Shown: piece by piece, positions 13,539 through 26,787 of the stretch
How the letters are laid out: each line of letters opens with the position of its first letter
Position numbering within the stretch: position 1 is the first letter of the stretch
Assembly (NCBI GenBank): GCA_021432655.1
Contig: MU271383.1
Location: forward strand, 1 to 64,000
DNA length: 64,000 bases
From: Atractiella rhizophila
Taxonomy: Eukaryota
Direction of reading: 5' to 3'
Program-made: the position numbers and the translations under genes
The notes under the pieces: generated by a model
Databases searched by the model: none
What the model was told of the DNA's origin: nothing
What the model saw: the letters and a program-made list of their open reading frames with translations, nothing else

Positions 13539-13679
13539 ACTCATCCTTCATCGTTTCAATATTCTTCTTGTGGACCCCATAGAAGCAGATCTCCATGACT
13601 GAGGGGGATGTATGCATGCCAACCTTGCTTGCCATAGGGGAACAAAAGTGGGAAGCATGGAGAAAGATAGTTGGCATTC
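13539..13679 (-). mobile_element. Helitron fragment (continuation of 10183-11515)
   Basis: Matches about 58035-58175 (YLPLCFPLLFPYGEQGWH region). Confidence 0.9.
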
Positions 13680-13968
13680 CCGTTCTCTCCCGTTTCCCCA
13701 GTGCCCCTGCCTAAATCCTTTCCCAGACCCTCTTCTCCCTAAGGCACCTGAAAACAACACCATGTTATCTTTGCCTTCGTAGCCGACGTCCCTCTGTTGT
13801 TCCTGCACCGTTACCTGCATCACTCCCTCCACCACTTCCACTAGCAAGGCCCCTTTGGTTGCCCTGGTCCACCTTGAGCAGTCAAAAAAGTTCCAGTATC
13901 CTTTTGTCGACGGAATTGAATTTTGTAATACTAACTCCTACATTGTACTCCTAATCTATGTTGAGAAC

Positions 13969-15612
13969 TTAGCTAGGCAGACAGGGGTGGCTCACTTGGT
14001 TTTGTAGCATTTTCTTCCAATGCTCTGCATTCCAGCGGTTATCTTTTACCAGTTTTTTCGCCTCGACCAGCTGCGTTATCGCATCCTGCTTATCGAGCAG
14101 AGGTCTAAGTTTCTCTACATCCTCCCGCAGTTTCATAACTTCCTCTGGAGGTAGAGCGCCGGGGTCCTCTTTGCTCTTCTTTGACTTCCCTCTCTTCTTG
14201 CTTGCACCAACCGCATTTGTCTGTCCCCCCCGCCGCAGCTTGAGGGGTGCAGGCCGGATGTCTGATGGCTCGATAGGCCCAGATGGGATGCCATTGCTAT
14301 TGGGAGGATACGGGTTGCAAGGGTCCTCGCTGAATGGTGGCATAGGAACAAGACCATGTTCTTGTAGAGGGGGTGGAGGAAGCTGGTTTTCTGTAGGAGG
14401 GGGAATTGCATTGTCGTGACCCTGTTGCAAGGCGAGAGTGAAGTGGCGGTTTTGTTCCAGAGGAGGTGCGATTTCGAGAATGCAAGGAGAATTCGGAGGA
14501 AGGCAGTGAGCAGTAGAACGAAATGGAGGTGGTGGAATTAGATGTTCTTCAGCTTCGAGGGTCGAGGTAGTGCCCACAAGAGGATCTGTACGGTGCTGTG
14601 ACTTTTCATGCAACGATTTTGAGTACTCGCCTGGTACCATACTATTCTTGAGAGCTTTGGCTGAACGCACATCCTTACCCAGTGTGAGAATCCTATTGAA
14701 CCTCGAAAGTAAGAAGTGACACTCACAAAAATAGCGTTGCTACCACCTCCCTCCAACCAAGCCTCAACCAGACTCTCGGCCAGCCTCCCTATACAGCTAA
14801 AGTCCAGAAGTAATGGCGTCAGATCCATCGAATCCGGATATGCCTCCTTCCATCGCTTGCATAAAAGTTGCGCGACCTTTGTACCCCTCACCATGGCTTG
14901 AAGCAGCTTCCAAATCGCTTCCCGCGAACCCACATTCTCCCATTTCTTCAAGCAGAACAGTGTCTCCTCACCAAGGCTATTGTGGCCGAGCATATTCCCT
15001 TGAGGATTGTTCCGTAGGTCTTTAGAGCTGTACTTGTCGTCATCTGCATCAATCGGAAGGTTGATATCGCATTCTGCTGATGTTACGGCAATGAGAAGGC
15101 GTTTTGTCGCTGATTGTGCAAGTGTTTCGCCTTCAACGGTACAAGAATTGGCATGGCAGAAGGTGGCACACCGTCTTCGATAAATGCAGCCAGCACTCTG
15201 ATGTTGACAAGACAATCATTGTCAGCAACAATTGCTGTAAGCTCCCCTGTTGTCATGTTACTTTCGAATAGCGGAGAGTGTCATCCTTACCTCTAAAAGC
15301 CATCCGTTCTTGGCATGAGTCATAAAACGCACTTTTGAGCGTTCATACCTCCCTCAGCAGGCACATTGAAACGAAATGAATTACGCCATATTACTGCATA
15401 TGCTTGCGCCTTTCTGAAGCCGCGAGGAAATTTGTTCTGAAGGGGGTAAAAAAATGCGTTTCATACTGGACTCGAACCCTCACAACAGTCACAGTAGGGT
15501 TCAAGGGGCCATGCCCCTTGCGAATGGGTTGGGGGCCTGAGGGACGAAGGCCTCTAACACACTTGTGACAAATAAAGTATGCACCAATGGAGACCTTAAT
15601 GCTGTCAGGCAT
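13969..15612 (-). pseudogene. Unknown multi-exon gene, probably cargo of the CACTA-like element
   Basis: Overlapping 225- and 233-aa ORFs, Pro-rich region, basic KKRGKSKK stretch; a GT..AG intron at 15584-15247 hosts mini-Helitron copy 2. Confidence 0.4.
15284..15565 (+). mobile_element. Non-autonomous mini-Helitron, copy 2 (282 bp)
   Basis: a|TCCTTAC...ACACACTTG|t; hairpin ggggcct-N9-aggcctc at about 15532-15554; inverted copy of 6319-6601. Confidence 0.9.
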
Positions 15613-15668
15613 GGAGACGGAGCTGTTTTGGTTCTTGAGTAGCTTGTTCTGCCTAACCCTCTTCTCTC

Positions 15669-16766
15669 TCAGTGGATCATTCGGGAGATTCGCCTGTGTG
15701 CAGAGTACTCAGTGTTGAGCAATTTAGGAAGCTGAGAACACACCATTGGTCTGTACCTCTTCCTGCTCATTGTCTGCTCGACCACTCTTGCCACTGTGCC
15801 GATAGAAGCACTGCTTTCTTCAAGCCCTGGTCCTCTTTGGCCCCATTTGTGCCCCAGGAGAGAGAGATGCTCACCATGATCCGCATGCAATCTCTCTACC
15901 CCATTTCTCCTCTCCGGCAGCACGACACTTACATCGATACTCACCTTCCTCTTCATTCCCCTTTTAGCAATCCGGCCTCCATCCTGGTCGTCCGCTAAAT
16001 CATCCTCATCGTCATAATTGTAGGCACTTCCACTCCTATTCCTCAGGACACCTGTGACAAAGATGCATGCCTTCCAGTCAGTCTTTCCAAGACAAAGAAC
16101 TGAACTGTAGTCCTCCTCGAGTTTGCACAGGATGTTGGGAAGATAGGTGGTTTTGCAGACACCTGTCTGGTTCTTGATTGACTTCATAGCGTCAAGATAG
16201 GTTCTCGTGTAGAGAGTGGCATCGTTTCGGATGACATCGGCGGTTGCATTGGACAACTGTGTTGCTCCGATGACAGTATTGTCGATTTCATCGAAGACGA
16301 GCTGATGTAGTACCTGGACTGGATCGAGGATATTGTTCTGAGCACCGGTACGTGTTGAGGCCGCTGCTTGTCTGTGTTCCCAAAAGGTCCCAAGGTAATC
16401 GGCATCTTCTTTGCTGATAATCGGCCGGTATGGTTTCACTGGCTTTTTGATCCAATCTTCTGCCGAAATTCCAGTGCCTGTTTCCGTAGTCATCGCTGCC
16501 ATGCCTCCCATGGGCTGTTTCAACATCGAATCTGCAGGCAGAAGAACCTTTTTGGCTTTGTCAATGTCCAGCCTCAATCGATCCACCTCCTCATCCTTCT
16601 CCTTGTAAAACTTCTTCCACTTATCTTTGTCCATCTGTTCCCTCTCCAAAGAGCTCTCCAGCTCAAATACCTCCAACTCAAGTTGCTGCACGTAAGGATT
16701 TGATGAAAGATCGCGCTGAGTAACAATTTGGACGTGGATAGAAAAGGACGCATCTTCTCGCGACAT
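15669..16766 (-). CDS. Coiled-coil companion protein divergent from Tnp2 transposase A
   Basis: 365-aa ORF; N-terminal coiled coil; LCLGKTDWKA motif; acidic and basic tail. Confidence 0.65.
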   Translation of the reverse strand: MSREDASFSIHVQIVTQRDLSSNPYVQQLELEVFELESSLEREQMDKDKWKKFYKEKDEEVDRLRLDIDKAKKVLLPADSMLKQPMGGMAAMTTETGTGISAEDWIKKPVKPYRPIISKEDADYLGTFWEHRQAAASTRTGAQNNILDPVQVLHQLVFDEIDNTVIGATQLSNATADVIRNDATLYTRTYLDAMKSIKNQTGVCKTTYLPNILCKLEEDYSSVLCLGKTDWKACIFVTGVLRNRSGSAYNYDDEDDLADDQDGGRIAKRGMKRKVSIDVSVVLPERRNGVERLHADHGEHLSLLGHKWGQRGPGLEESSASIGTVARVVEQTMSRKRYRPMVCSQLPKLLNTEYSAHRRISRMIH

Positions 16767-17189
16767 ATTCGAGTTGCTTGTGGGAGAAGACTGAAAATAT
16801 TAAGAGAAATGAGATAGAGGTATGGGCGTGTAGCTGGTGTGGAGGGCTGGATAACAGAAAGCGGTTGTCGTCGTCTAATTTTGCCAACAAAATTGCATTG
16901 TCTGAACTTAGTGTGCATACCTGCATAATAACAAGTGGCTGTATTAGAATCCTTTCCTTAAATATTCCCAGCACAGAGACTCACCTCCTCTATGCTCCTA
17001 GATGTGATGATATGATCATAACAATATTCTTGATGAACTTCTGCCTAAGCCATCTTTTGATGAGATCCAGTTCTTCCAACTCCATCTCACCTTCCCATCA
17101 ACTTTCTAGTCAAGACGTCGCAAGATCCGCCAGCAACAGAGCTTCTTCATCACAACTTCCTCCCATCTGAGCTCGTGCCAGAAAGAAGA

Positions 17190-20100
17190 AAGATGAGCAG
17201 GAAGGGCTGTACGCTGTGACACGTGCGGCTCTACACATCGACACCATCTCGACTTCAGGCACTCCTTTAAGAACACAAGTGCCCAGTTCGATCCCATGTG
17301 GCCACGAAGTGTTCCGTATGCCTCCAAGGTCCATGTCAAGCTCCAACAGCAAAATCAAACACCGCTGGCATCTGATCTTCAGCATTACAGCTCGACACAA
17401 TCAACTTCTGTCCTCCCGAGAATGAGGTTGATTAAGGATCCAGACCTAGATCTGGTCGAGAGGAAGGGGACATAGAGATAGGAGATGGTGGAGATTGGTC
17501 TGGAGAGCTGAGGCAAGACGACATAGAGCATCTTATGGCTGCTCCTGAAGATGAGGAGGAGGCGTACCACAATCCAAATCCGGAGCATGCCGCTCATCCT
17601 GCTGGAGCTGGCAAGCTCACACATGCAACACCACTATCGTAAGTAATCTAACTGCAGAAAGGAGATATGCTGATGCTGGTACATTGGATTACAGTGAGGT
17701 TCGCGATATCCTGATGCCACTCTTCGACGATGGTTTTGATGACCTTCCGAGTCTTCCTCCAACTTATCACGATGAGATCCCTGTGCTTAGCGACAAACAG
17801 TCGCTTACCTTGGACGAATTCCGAGTCTGGCACCGAGGCAAGGAGAAGGAAGCAAGCTATGAAGGTCACTATCAGAATTGGATATTATGCAATCACGACA
17901 TGCATACCCTTCCGGAGGCAAAGAAGGTGCTTGCTGAGCTCAGTGGGCTGGATGGAGAGTGGTTGCCGATGTGTGGAGCTTCTTGCAGCTCCTACCTTGG
18001 GAAGTATGAGGGGTTGGAGCGGTAAGATTGTTGTCATTGGCGGATGAATTACTTGAAGAGCTAAGATAAGTTGCAGATGCCTTCATTCTCGCAAGATCAA
18101 GGGACTGGTCTTACCCTGCAATAGGCCACGCTATTCCCTTTCCTTTGGACGCTCTGGGATCCCAGGACATTCATCGATAGTGAAAAGAGAGACTAAAAAG
18201 AGCTTTCATTTTCGTAACCTGATCCATCGAATCAAGGCAATCTTCCAAGCACCCTAAACGGCTGGCATGATGGGATATTTCGGGAGGAAAGCTGGGAGAG
18301 ACTCGGGCAAAAACTGAGTATCTTATAGACAAGCTGAAGAGCGGTTATGCATACAATGACTTCCATCATGGTACCGCAGTCCAAGCGCTAGCTGAGGACA
18401 ACCTTGGCTTCATGGAGGACGAACAAGAATCTGTTTCCATTGCGTCGACGGACGGTGCAGCTATCCACGCTACCCGCGACTCCAACATGTGGTTTGTCGT
18501 TCTCTCGTTCCTTGGCTTCAACATGCAAGTCAGAGCAAAGCGCCGTCATAACTTCTTTACACTAGGCATCCCCAGTCCCAACAATCCAGTCGACATTCAA
18601 TCATTCTTCCTCCCGTTCTATAAGGTGATGGAGAAGCTGAGTGGAGGGTTGTGGATGTGGGATGTGGCGTCTCGGAAGTGGTTTGTTTGGAAGGGATGGC
18701 TTATCAACAAGCTGGGTAAGTTATCTCACGCTTTCTTCATAATGTATTAATATTAATACAGGCGATATGCTCGGTTCTGCAAAGGCCAACGGCTGCACAG
18801 GCCATCAAGGAAAGTGTGGCTGCCGCTTTTGCAAGATTATCGGTCAACTCCTAGGTCAGCATTACTACTATCCATGTATATCACTTCCCCAAGACGACAG
18901 TACTCTCCCCAGCTATCGCCCAGCTGCATATGACCCGCTCAGTCTTCCAATTCACACCACGACTGAGTACACCGAAACAGCGAAGGATCTTGCACTCGCA
19001 ACGACGCAAAGAGCATGAGCAGAGATAGCGCGAGATAATGGTGTCATTTCCATCACGCCAATTTCTGGATTCAAGACTTTCCGTGATCCATGGACTTTCT
19101 TTGCTGGGGACCTGGCTCACCTCCACTGGAAGGACAACGCTGAGCTCATTTTCGACTCTACCATGGGGATCAACAAGCAAGAATCACTTCCTGAGCCATG
19201 GCACCCAACACAGCAAGTGCGAGAGGAGTTTGGGAACATGATCGAGCGCTCTAAGGTCGACATTCCCTACGACTTCTCTCAAGCAGCTCCTCGGAACACA
19301 CACCGATTCCGAAACACCCAGTATAAGATGCATGAGTGGTGGGACGTTTTTGATTGGTTCCTTATTCCCTGTATGTTCCTTCTAGGATTCCTGTTCGACA
19401 TCATAAACCTTCTCGACTCGTTTATCTGCGGCTGCCGACTGGCATGGCAGCATGAGATTACCGAACAGGATCGCTTGAAGATTCGGGAACATTTTGGTTC
19501 TTTCATTATGGGCTGGGAGAAGCTATACGTCCATGGAGATCACACCCGTCTTAGTCGTATGCCAATGTCCATCCACCACCTCTTGCACATTGCCGACTGG
19601 ATCCTCTGGTGGGGGCCGGGGATCCTCTACTCACAGTTCCAAATGGAGGGAATGGTCAGATTCCTCAAGAAACGAATCAATCAGAACAACAAATACCAAG
19701 AGAACCTGCTTAACCAAGCCCCGTTGCTGGAGCAAATGAACATCATGATATTCTGTACCCAGCCCCAAATGTGATCCATGGGAATGCTGGCTCTCGATAT
19801 CGGCGTTTCTCTCCCGCTCACTCACGCAACTCTGTTTATTCCCTCGCCAGGCATCGACTCCTCTTACAAAGCTTGCGAAGCTTCAAGGTACTGAATACAG
19901 CATTGAATGGATGCATGAACTTGCTTTGATTCATGCTCACTGCTTTTCTCCGCAGGAAGAATCTCGAGGGGTTGGACTTGGAGAAAGTCGTGGCGAAGTG
20001 GGAGCATTGGGGACGGTGTGCCTTGGCTAATGGGGATATCATTCGGTCTCGGAAGCTGGAGAGGTCATGGAAATTCAAAGCACGAAAGGCATGCAGGTAT

Positions 20101-20545
20101 GAGGCAAGTTGTGGGTTAATGTGTCTTGCTATCTCTTCTAATGACAGAAACAGGGCTTTGACGACAAAGGAGATATCTTCTATGGTGAGGCAGTGGTCTA
20201 CATTCGGGTCCCATAGTCTTTCTTTAACCCAGAAACAGACCAGCCACTGACAAGCTCTTCGTACTCACTCAGCTCTTCACCAAATGCCGAAACCTTTTCA
20301 GGAGCGAAATACTTTGCCAATGGAGCAACGAATTCCGACTGATAACTCTCGATTAGATGAAGCGCTTGATCGGGATCATTCAAGCAGAAGATGGCGAGGG
20401 AAGAACCTTCATCTGGGTTCTTCACTGTCATCACTCTGATGCACTTATATGCCCAGTCCCTGAGCCAGAGGCAGACAAGGCTCTTATCGAAGGAGATGCG
20501 GATCAGAGTGACGAGATGTATCTCCCAGACCCAGTTTATTAGCAT
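17190..20545 (+). pseudogene. CACTA/En-Spm Tnp2-family transposase A (degenerate, intron-containing)
   Basis: PMCGASCSSY, DFHHG, STDGAAIH, GIPSPNNPVDIQSF, GHQGKCGCRFC, YKMHEW, SIHHLLHIADWI..WGP..YSQFQME. Confidence 0.85.
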
Positions 20546-20879
20546 TACAATAACTTGTTTTGGTTACTGTTTTATCACTTCAATGCAGCAGTATTCTTCG
20601 TCTAGCAAACTATATTACTTCAGTTTGTCATTTTAATTCCCCAATTCGGATTTCATAATGGTAGATATATACAGTCTGACTGAGATTCTGCAAGCTATTC
20701 ACCAAAATTATGCACAGAGTGCTCAAAGACTCGTCCTTCCCTCAGTGAATCAACTGTCCATAAGGAATTCTATCTCTCCACCATTCTTTCCATAGAAGTG
20801 GTGCTTTGAGGGGACAGGGAGACCAAGTTGTTACTTTAACGTCAAGTGTCCCCCTATGTACTTGTCAATATTTCAATGG

Positions 20880-21004
20880 CCCCTCGACAATGCTCAAGCA
20901 AATTGACAGCACTGGACGACTCTAGCACACTGGACTAACCGACCACTAAGTACAATAACCTTTCCCTACCCCAACACTAACTCGGCCCTGCAAGTTTCCA
21001 GGGG
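20880..21004. repeat. Right terminus of the CACTA-like element (TIR plus subterminal repeats)
   Basis: gccctgcaagtttccagggg is the reverse complement of cccctggaaccttgcagggc at 11514 (1 mismatch in 20); two cactggac repeats lie upstream. Confidence 0.75.
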
Positions 21005-21929
21005 TTCAAGGAGGATAAGCTGAATAGGAAGAAATGCAACACATTGTCGAAGGATTATTCTTCAAACTTAAGTGAAAAATAATTATTCTTGGTAAATGAA
21101 TGAGATTGTGTATGGTAGCCAGCAATATCGAAGCAATAGGCAATATCCAAGAACATGTTGATGGCTGCCGCATGTTTCTTTCTGCTAGTGGGCTAATAGG
21201 TATATTGATAATATTGATTGATTGAATGAGAACATCGTTAAGAAAAGTATAACGAGACAAGTTTTGACAACAAACTCACGAGTTCTAAGCAGTACATTAA
21301 ACACATCAATACTTATATCCATATTGCAATGTCAGCATTCCTGCATCACTGCCACCATGGGTTTCCACCATAACCAACATCGTTGTTTGTGACAGCTCAA
21401 TGCTTAGCCAGCTCGAGTAAGTGAATCTTACCAATTGGGGAATTTGGTCCATGTCCAATGTGTTCAATCAAGAATTCGAACACCAACTCAACAACTCTCT
21501 TCTGATATCAAAGGAGCACGATGTTAAGGAGAAAGAATGGAATTTATTCTAAAGTGCTATCATCAAGAAAATTTACAGTACATTCTGCTTCCTGCAACTC
21601 TTCTGCAAAGTCAACTTTTTCGATACCCTCTTTGAATGCATCTTCATCTTCCCACTCTTGCTCAAAATCTTCAGTGGAACTTCCTACCACCTCTGATCCT
21701 GTCCGAAGTCTGCCCAACCAGGTATGTACACCTTCCTCTTTTGCTCCTTGTTTCTTCCCAAACCCAAGAGAGATCATTAAACCATACTTGTTCAAGGAAT
21801 TGTAAGTGACTCAATTCCTTCTGAAGGAGATGGAGTGTGGACCATTCACGTTTGAGTGGTGAGATGGACAGGTTCTGGGTTAAGTGAACATATGCTGATG
21901 GTTGACAGAACGGTGGGGGGGTTGCTGTA

Positions 21930-24591
21930 AGGGAAGGCTGGTCCAAATCGTTGCACATGGGTAGGAAGATGAAGTAGAAGATGGAATTTGCTTTTGTTAA
22001 ACCATTGGGGAGATAGGAGGGCATTTTTGTTTAGAAAATGATGGGTCACAGTCTCAAGTTCATGGCAATACTGACCTATATCAGAAATCGATGGACGCCA
22101 TACTAGCCGACACAAGCGACCCAAAGCAACCCAAGCATCCAGTTGAAGCTGTGAAACAAGATCATGAAGTGCAAAAATAGCAAGTTGAGCTATTATATGG
22201 AAGTCTGTGCCAACCAAGCTCTGAGCATATTGCACCAGAGTTTCTCCTCGTGGAGAGGAACATCTAAGTCCGTTCGGGTTAGCAGCAGAGAGTCTCTCAG
22301 CGACAAGAGTTTTCTGGCCTTTGGACAACCCATTAATACGCTCTCGCCAGAAATACTTGACAAAGCCAAGCAAAATACCATGAAGAATCTCGAAAGGGGT
22401 ATCTTGATGACAATCAAAAGCATGCAGGTCAAACAAGGGATTTTAGTGCCATTTTCTAGCCTGCTGTTCATCTAGACGAGTTTTTAAGTGGGTCCGAATT
22501 TCATCTGCATTTGCTTTAGCATCTTCCATTGATTCCCGCCAGCTGAAGAAGTTCTTCTATGAAGTGAGAAACAACAGGGTCTCGTATCCCTGATTTACAT
22601 TGTGCATTCGTTATCCGAGTTTTAGAACGAAGATCGGCAGCCATTTGATGAATTTCCTGCACCTTGCACTTTGTTTCCTGCATACATCTCGCTTCACCAG
22701 TCTGCATAAAATTGGTTATCCCAGCTCCGGTAAGTTGATTACCTTTCTTCTCCTCACCAACTTTGCACACTCGACAGAACTTCAGGCTTGCTCCTAATGA
22801 TGGAGAGCAGGAGCAAGCCTCCCCTAGCATAGGATTATCACACTCAAAGACAATTGCAATTGGCCGAAGCAGTAACTCTTCGTCCATGACATTGTCATAA
22901 GAAATGATTCCCTTGGACCAGTAATCATTGAGTTGCTCAACAACGCCTTCCAGCAATTCAGTTGCAGAGACATTATTTGAGGTGCCAATGAAGTGGATGT
23001 TGAACTCTTGTTGTTGGAGCTGATGCGGCAGGCCAGCAATGGTCATTAATGCTGAAATATGCTTATTCCATCGTTTGGATACATTGCCCGAGCTATCATC
23101 GCAATAAAGCACCAAAGGAATATTAAGAACTCTCCGTCCTTGGGCAAAATCACGAAGAGGATTGGTGAGAGGCATGTTGATGGAGCATAGTTGGCCATCT
23201 CGAGTACATTGTGAGATATAAGGGGGAATGAGTGCCGACCTTGATAAGATGCTAGTGATATTGGCTTCAAACATAGAGACAGGCAATTCTTCTTCATCTT
23301 CTGAAATGATCCATCCTCCAGGTTGACCATTCTCATGCAGGTAAGATCCACCAGCATAAAGACTTTTTGACTCAGCATGCAGGAACCATCGGAATGGCAT
23401 GAAGTAATGACCATCCTCTAACTGAACAGCCTCGTTGACAAAGAATAAAGATCCCTTGACATGTACAGAGGGCGAGAGAAATTGAGCATCAAGCTCTTGT
23501 GCCCACTTAGATGACTGCCACATCTCCTTAACTGCTTTGCTACTGGCTTCTGGATAGAAATGAAGATGCTTCCGAACGAGTGGATTGGCGACCTCCTGTG
23601 GAATGATCTTGCCAATGTCATTGAGGTGATAGATGTTACTCTTATGGCTCGTATACTGAAGTGTTTGTGGACCAATGTTTTCCTCTTGAAACTGTTGGTG
23701 CAACTTGTTCAACCGTGCCTTTGACGGAAGCTTTGGAGGCGGGAGTCCTTTTGCAGAGCATAACTCTGGAATAATCCACCATAGAAGTTGCCGTAGGGTC
23801 TCTGAAATATGATGCCGAGGCAGATTCAATAGAAGATCAGCTAAAGCTTCCTCAAGAGTCTTGTACGGAAACCAATCACTTGCTGAAGTTTGCGTCAGAA
23901 AGGATTCCAAGTCGTCCATATCAGGCTGATCTAGCTGGTTTATCAGGCGGTTCTTCAGGCCAAGCATCTTCTCTGAAAAAGCTTGATCATGTTCTTCCTC
24001 AGTCTGTTCTGCCCAAAGTTCCTGCCATGCTTGCTGAGTACACATTTCTCCATCATGCTCATTGCTAAAACCAGGATTATCTTCTGGCGGCGATGCAGAA
24101 AATACCATCTCATGCATCAGCTGCTGTAATGAAGGTGGGAGAGGATTTGTCCAAACTCGCCATGCTTGAAGAGAAGCGTGATGTGATATTGGTAAGGTAA
24201 AATCAATGTCATCTGGTCCAAGAATAAATGGTATCTGAGATTGGCATTCAGCATTATTCTGATTTGCTGGCTGTGCAAACAAGCGATTTGGACGATATAT
24301 TGGCTCAAATTGAAGTCTTAGAGTTGAAGGAGAAGCGTTTGTGGTAGGCTCAGAAGCATCAGAAGTAGAGATAAGATGAGCATTGTTCCGGTGTTGGTTT
24401 GAATTGGCATGCCGTAAGCAGAGATGTTTTTCTTTATTAGAAAAAGCTATTGGGCAAATATGACAGTGAGATCGGTTGTCTTTCCACTGGAAATGGGTAT
24501 AGATCTCCTCAAACGATTTAAAGCAACTCCCTTTAAATGAATTCAGGCATGGTGTTTTCAGTATTACAACATTGGCAAGAAGATCTCTCAC
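21930..24591 (-). pseudogene. CMC/EnSpm-like DDE transposase B (DDxSGNxSKxWNKH family), 3'-truncated
   Basis: C2H2-like CHIC..H..H, WFPY, NPLVRKHLHFYPE, YCDDSSGNVSKRWNKH, QQEFNIHF, CDNPM, FCRVC, DTPFEILHGILLGFVKYFW, KFHLLLHL..RFGPA. Confidence 0.85.
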
Positions 24592-25799
24592 TGGAAGCCA
24601 TAATACTGTCCTTTTGATATCTCTTGTATTAATAAATGTTCTTCACCAGTGATCCTGTTTTGTTCAAAGATCAGTCCGTTGATTGATGGTATTGATGACT
24701 TTGCACTTTGCACAGGCTTCGTGGTGACAATTATTCACCACCATACACCACGTACCACCATCCTTTTCTAATTCTTGTGCAGTATCAAGTATCAACACAC
24801 CATCAATGGCCAATCCCTTCTTGAATGCATCTTCAATCAACACGGTTTGTTTTGTAACTTCAACCTCTCCACATCTACCACAATCAGCTGCTCCAAGTTC
24901 TCTCCGCTCTTCCCAGAATTTGCGTGTACAGCAACTCCGTACAACACCTTGCAGTACTCCAGGTTCACGCAACACATCTCCAAGTCCTTCTCTCACAACA
25001 GCCCCACCATCTCTGGACTCTCAGTTTTGTGTACTGTATCTGCGGTTGAAGAGTGAGCAACATCTTTTCCCCTTTGAGTGTAAATGCTTGACCTTGTTTT
25101 GGGCAAATCTGTGAGCAGTTTGGACTTCACCGCACCCACTCAAAACGATGTGTCCACAACTGTCCCTTCCCACCAGACCAATTCTCCCCCTGCACTTCCC
25201 TTCCTTCCATTATCATTTACTCCGCTGCCATCTTCCTCACTGTCCAGTGGGCCTCTTTTGCCATCACACCTCACGCAATTCATTGTGAACAAGCCGGCAG
25301 TGCAGACAGCAGATTACAGTGGTATTGAGATGTTTTCAGAGGCGCGTTGCTCTTTTGATGGCCTGAGACCGGGTGGTGTTGGACCAACGGCTGTCTGTCA
25401 ATGGTGGACGGCCCGTTGCATAACCAGAAAATGCAAGGGGTGTCTGGATTAGTTTGCGAGAAGAGTCTCAACACTTACGAGCTGTGCTGGTGTGGGTCAG
25501 GCTGATGCGGTTGAGTGAGAGATGGCAAACCGGGTAACTTTGATTGAGTTGCGAAACCTCCTTCAAGATGTCGTCGATATGCAAACTAGTGGATACAAAG
25601 TGTCTGATAATCTCTCAGTATGCCCCTCTTTTCTTTCGTAGACCTTGCTCATTTCGCTGTGTAGTCACAATTCTATGCCATGGCTCGTGCATACATCTTG
25701 AATCCAGGTACAGTGTCATTCAAAGCGGCTCGCTCGAAGCTCATGGCAAGCCACTTTGTCTACCTCCAGCTGATTTTCTTACTGAACTGACATTAGGTC

Positions 25800-26290
25800 A
25801 TGGTTAAGTCTGCTGCCTTCAAGCATATCCTGCCAATTCTCAAGGACAATGCCATTGTGATGAAATTAGTCGGAAGAGATGTACAGCGCCGCTGTACAAA
25901 GGCGCATAATGCCATCAAAAAAGAGGTGGGTTGCGCTTCACTTGCTTCACTTCTGGCTTTTTTGACCATTTGATAACAGATCAAGGATTCTATCGAAGAG
26001 ATGCAGCATATTCAAGACCTAACCAACTATTTACATCGGTTCAAGCTGGGAACTTACACAGACACTCACATCTCAGAGTCAGAAATGATGCTTGTCTCAA
26101 TGCTTGTAAGTTATGTCTGCCCGTCCATGTCAGTGATAACAAGAACCTAGCGCCAGTTTGTCAAATTTGACCTTGAACTGGAAAGTCAAGGGAAGAAAGT
26201 TATAGACAAGCCAATGACAGGTCCAGCATCGAAGAAGCGGAAGCGTGCCGAGCATGCAGACGAATGGAACGAAGATGACGAAGAAGATAA
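25800..26290 (+). pseudogene. Companion gene exons divergent from transposase B
   Basis: Exon ..CTKAHNAIKKE|gt..cag|IKDSIEEMQHIQDLTNYL.., ending KKRKRAEHADEWNEDDEED*; 5' exons not resolved. Confidence 0.45.
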
Positions 26291-26787
26291 GTTCTGTGAT
26301 CTGTCATCCCATTTAGTGGAAAGTAGACTACAAGCAGAAACCAATTTTTCTTAAAGTTCTGCACTTCAGTTTCTTAAATGCAGGCAGCTTTCGGTTCCTA
26401 CACCACGCATCAACCCAATGGAGAATGGTCTCGTTCGTAGCCCAAGGATTCTCCGTCCACAGTCAAGTTCGAAGGTAGATCATAAGCAAGTCATATGATG
26501 ATCTTCTAAACCATCCTTCAATGCACACTCTGCAATAACGGCCCGTAGACCATCAGCCTTGAGACGCTTGCGTCCGTCAAAGAGGGAAGGATCTGTAACC
26601 TCTGTTGGCACTGCCTTGCCACCAGTATCACAGGGCAGAGTTAAGGGTGGTCTTGACGTTGAGCATGCTCATGGCAAGGAGAGGTTGGAGGGCTAGTGAA
26701 TGAATGAATCCGTCGAGCTTCATCTTCATCTTCCTCCTCCACCTAGGGAGATAGGCGACCAGTTTGCTTGCCAGTTATGCGTTATGC

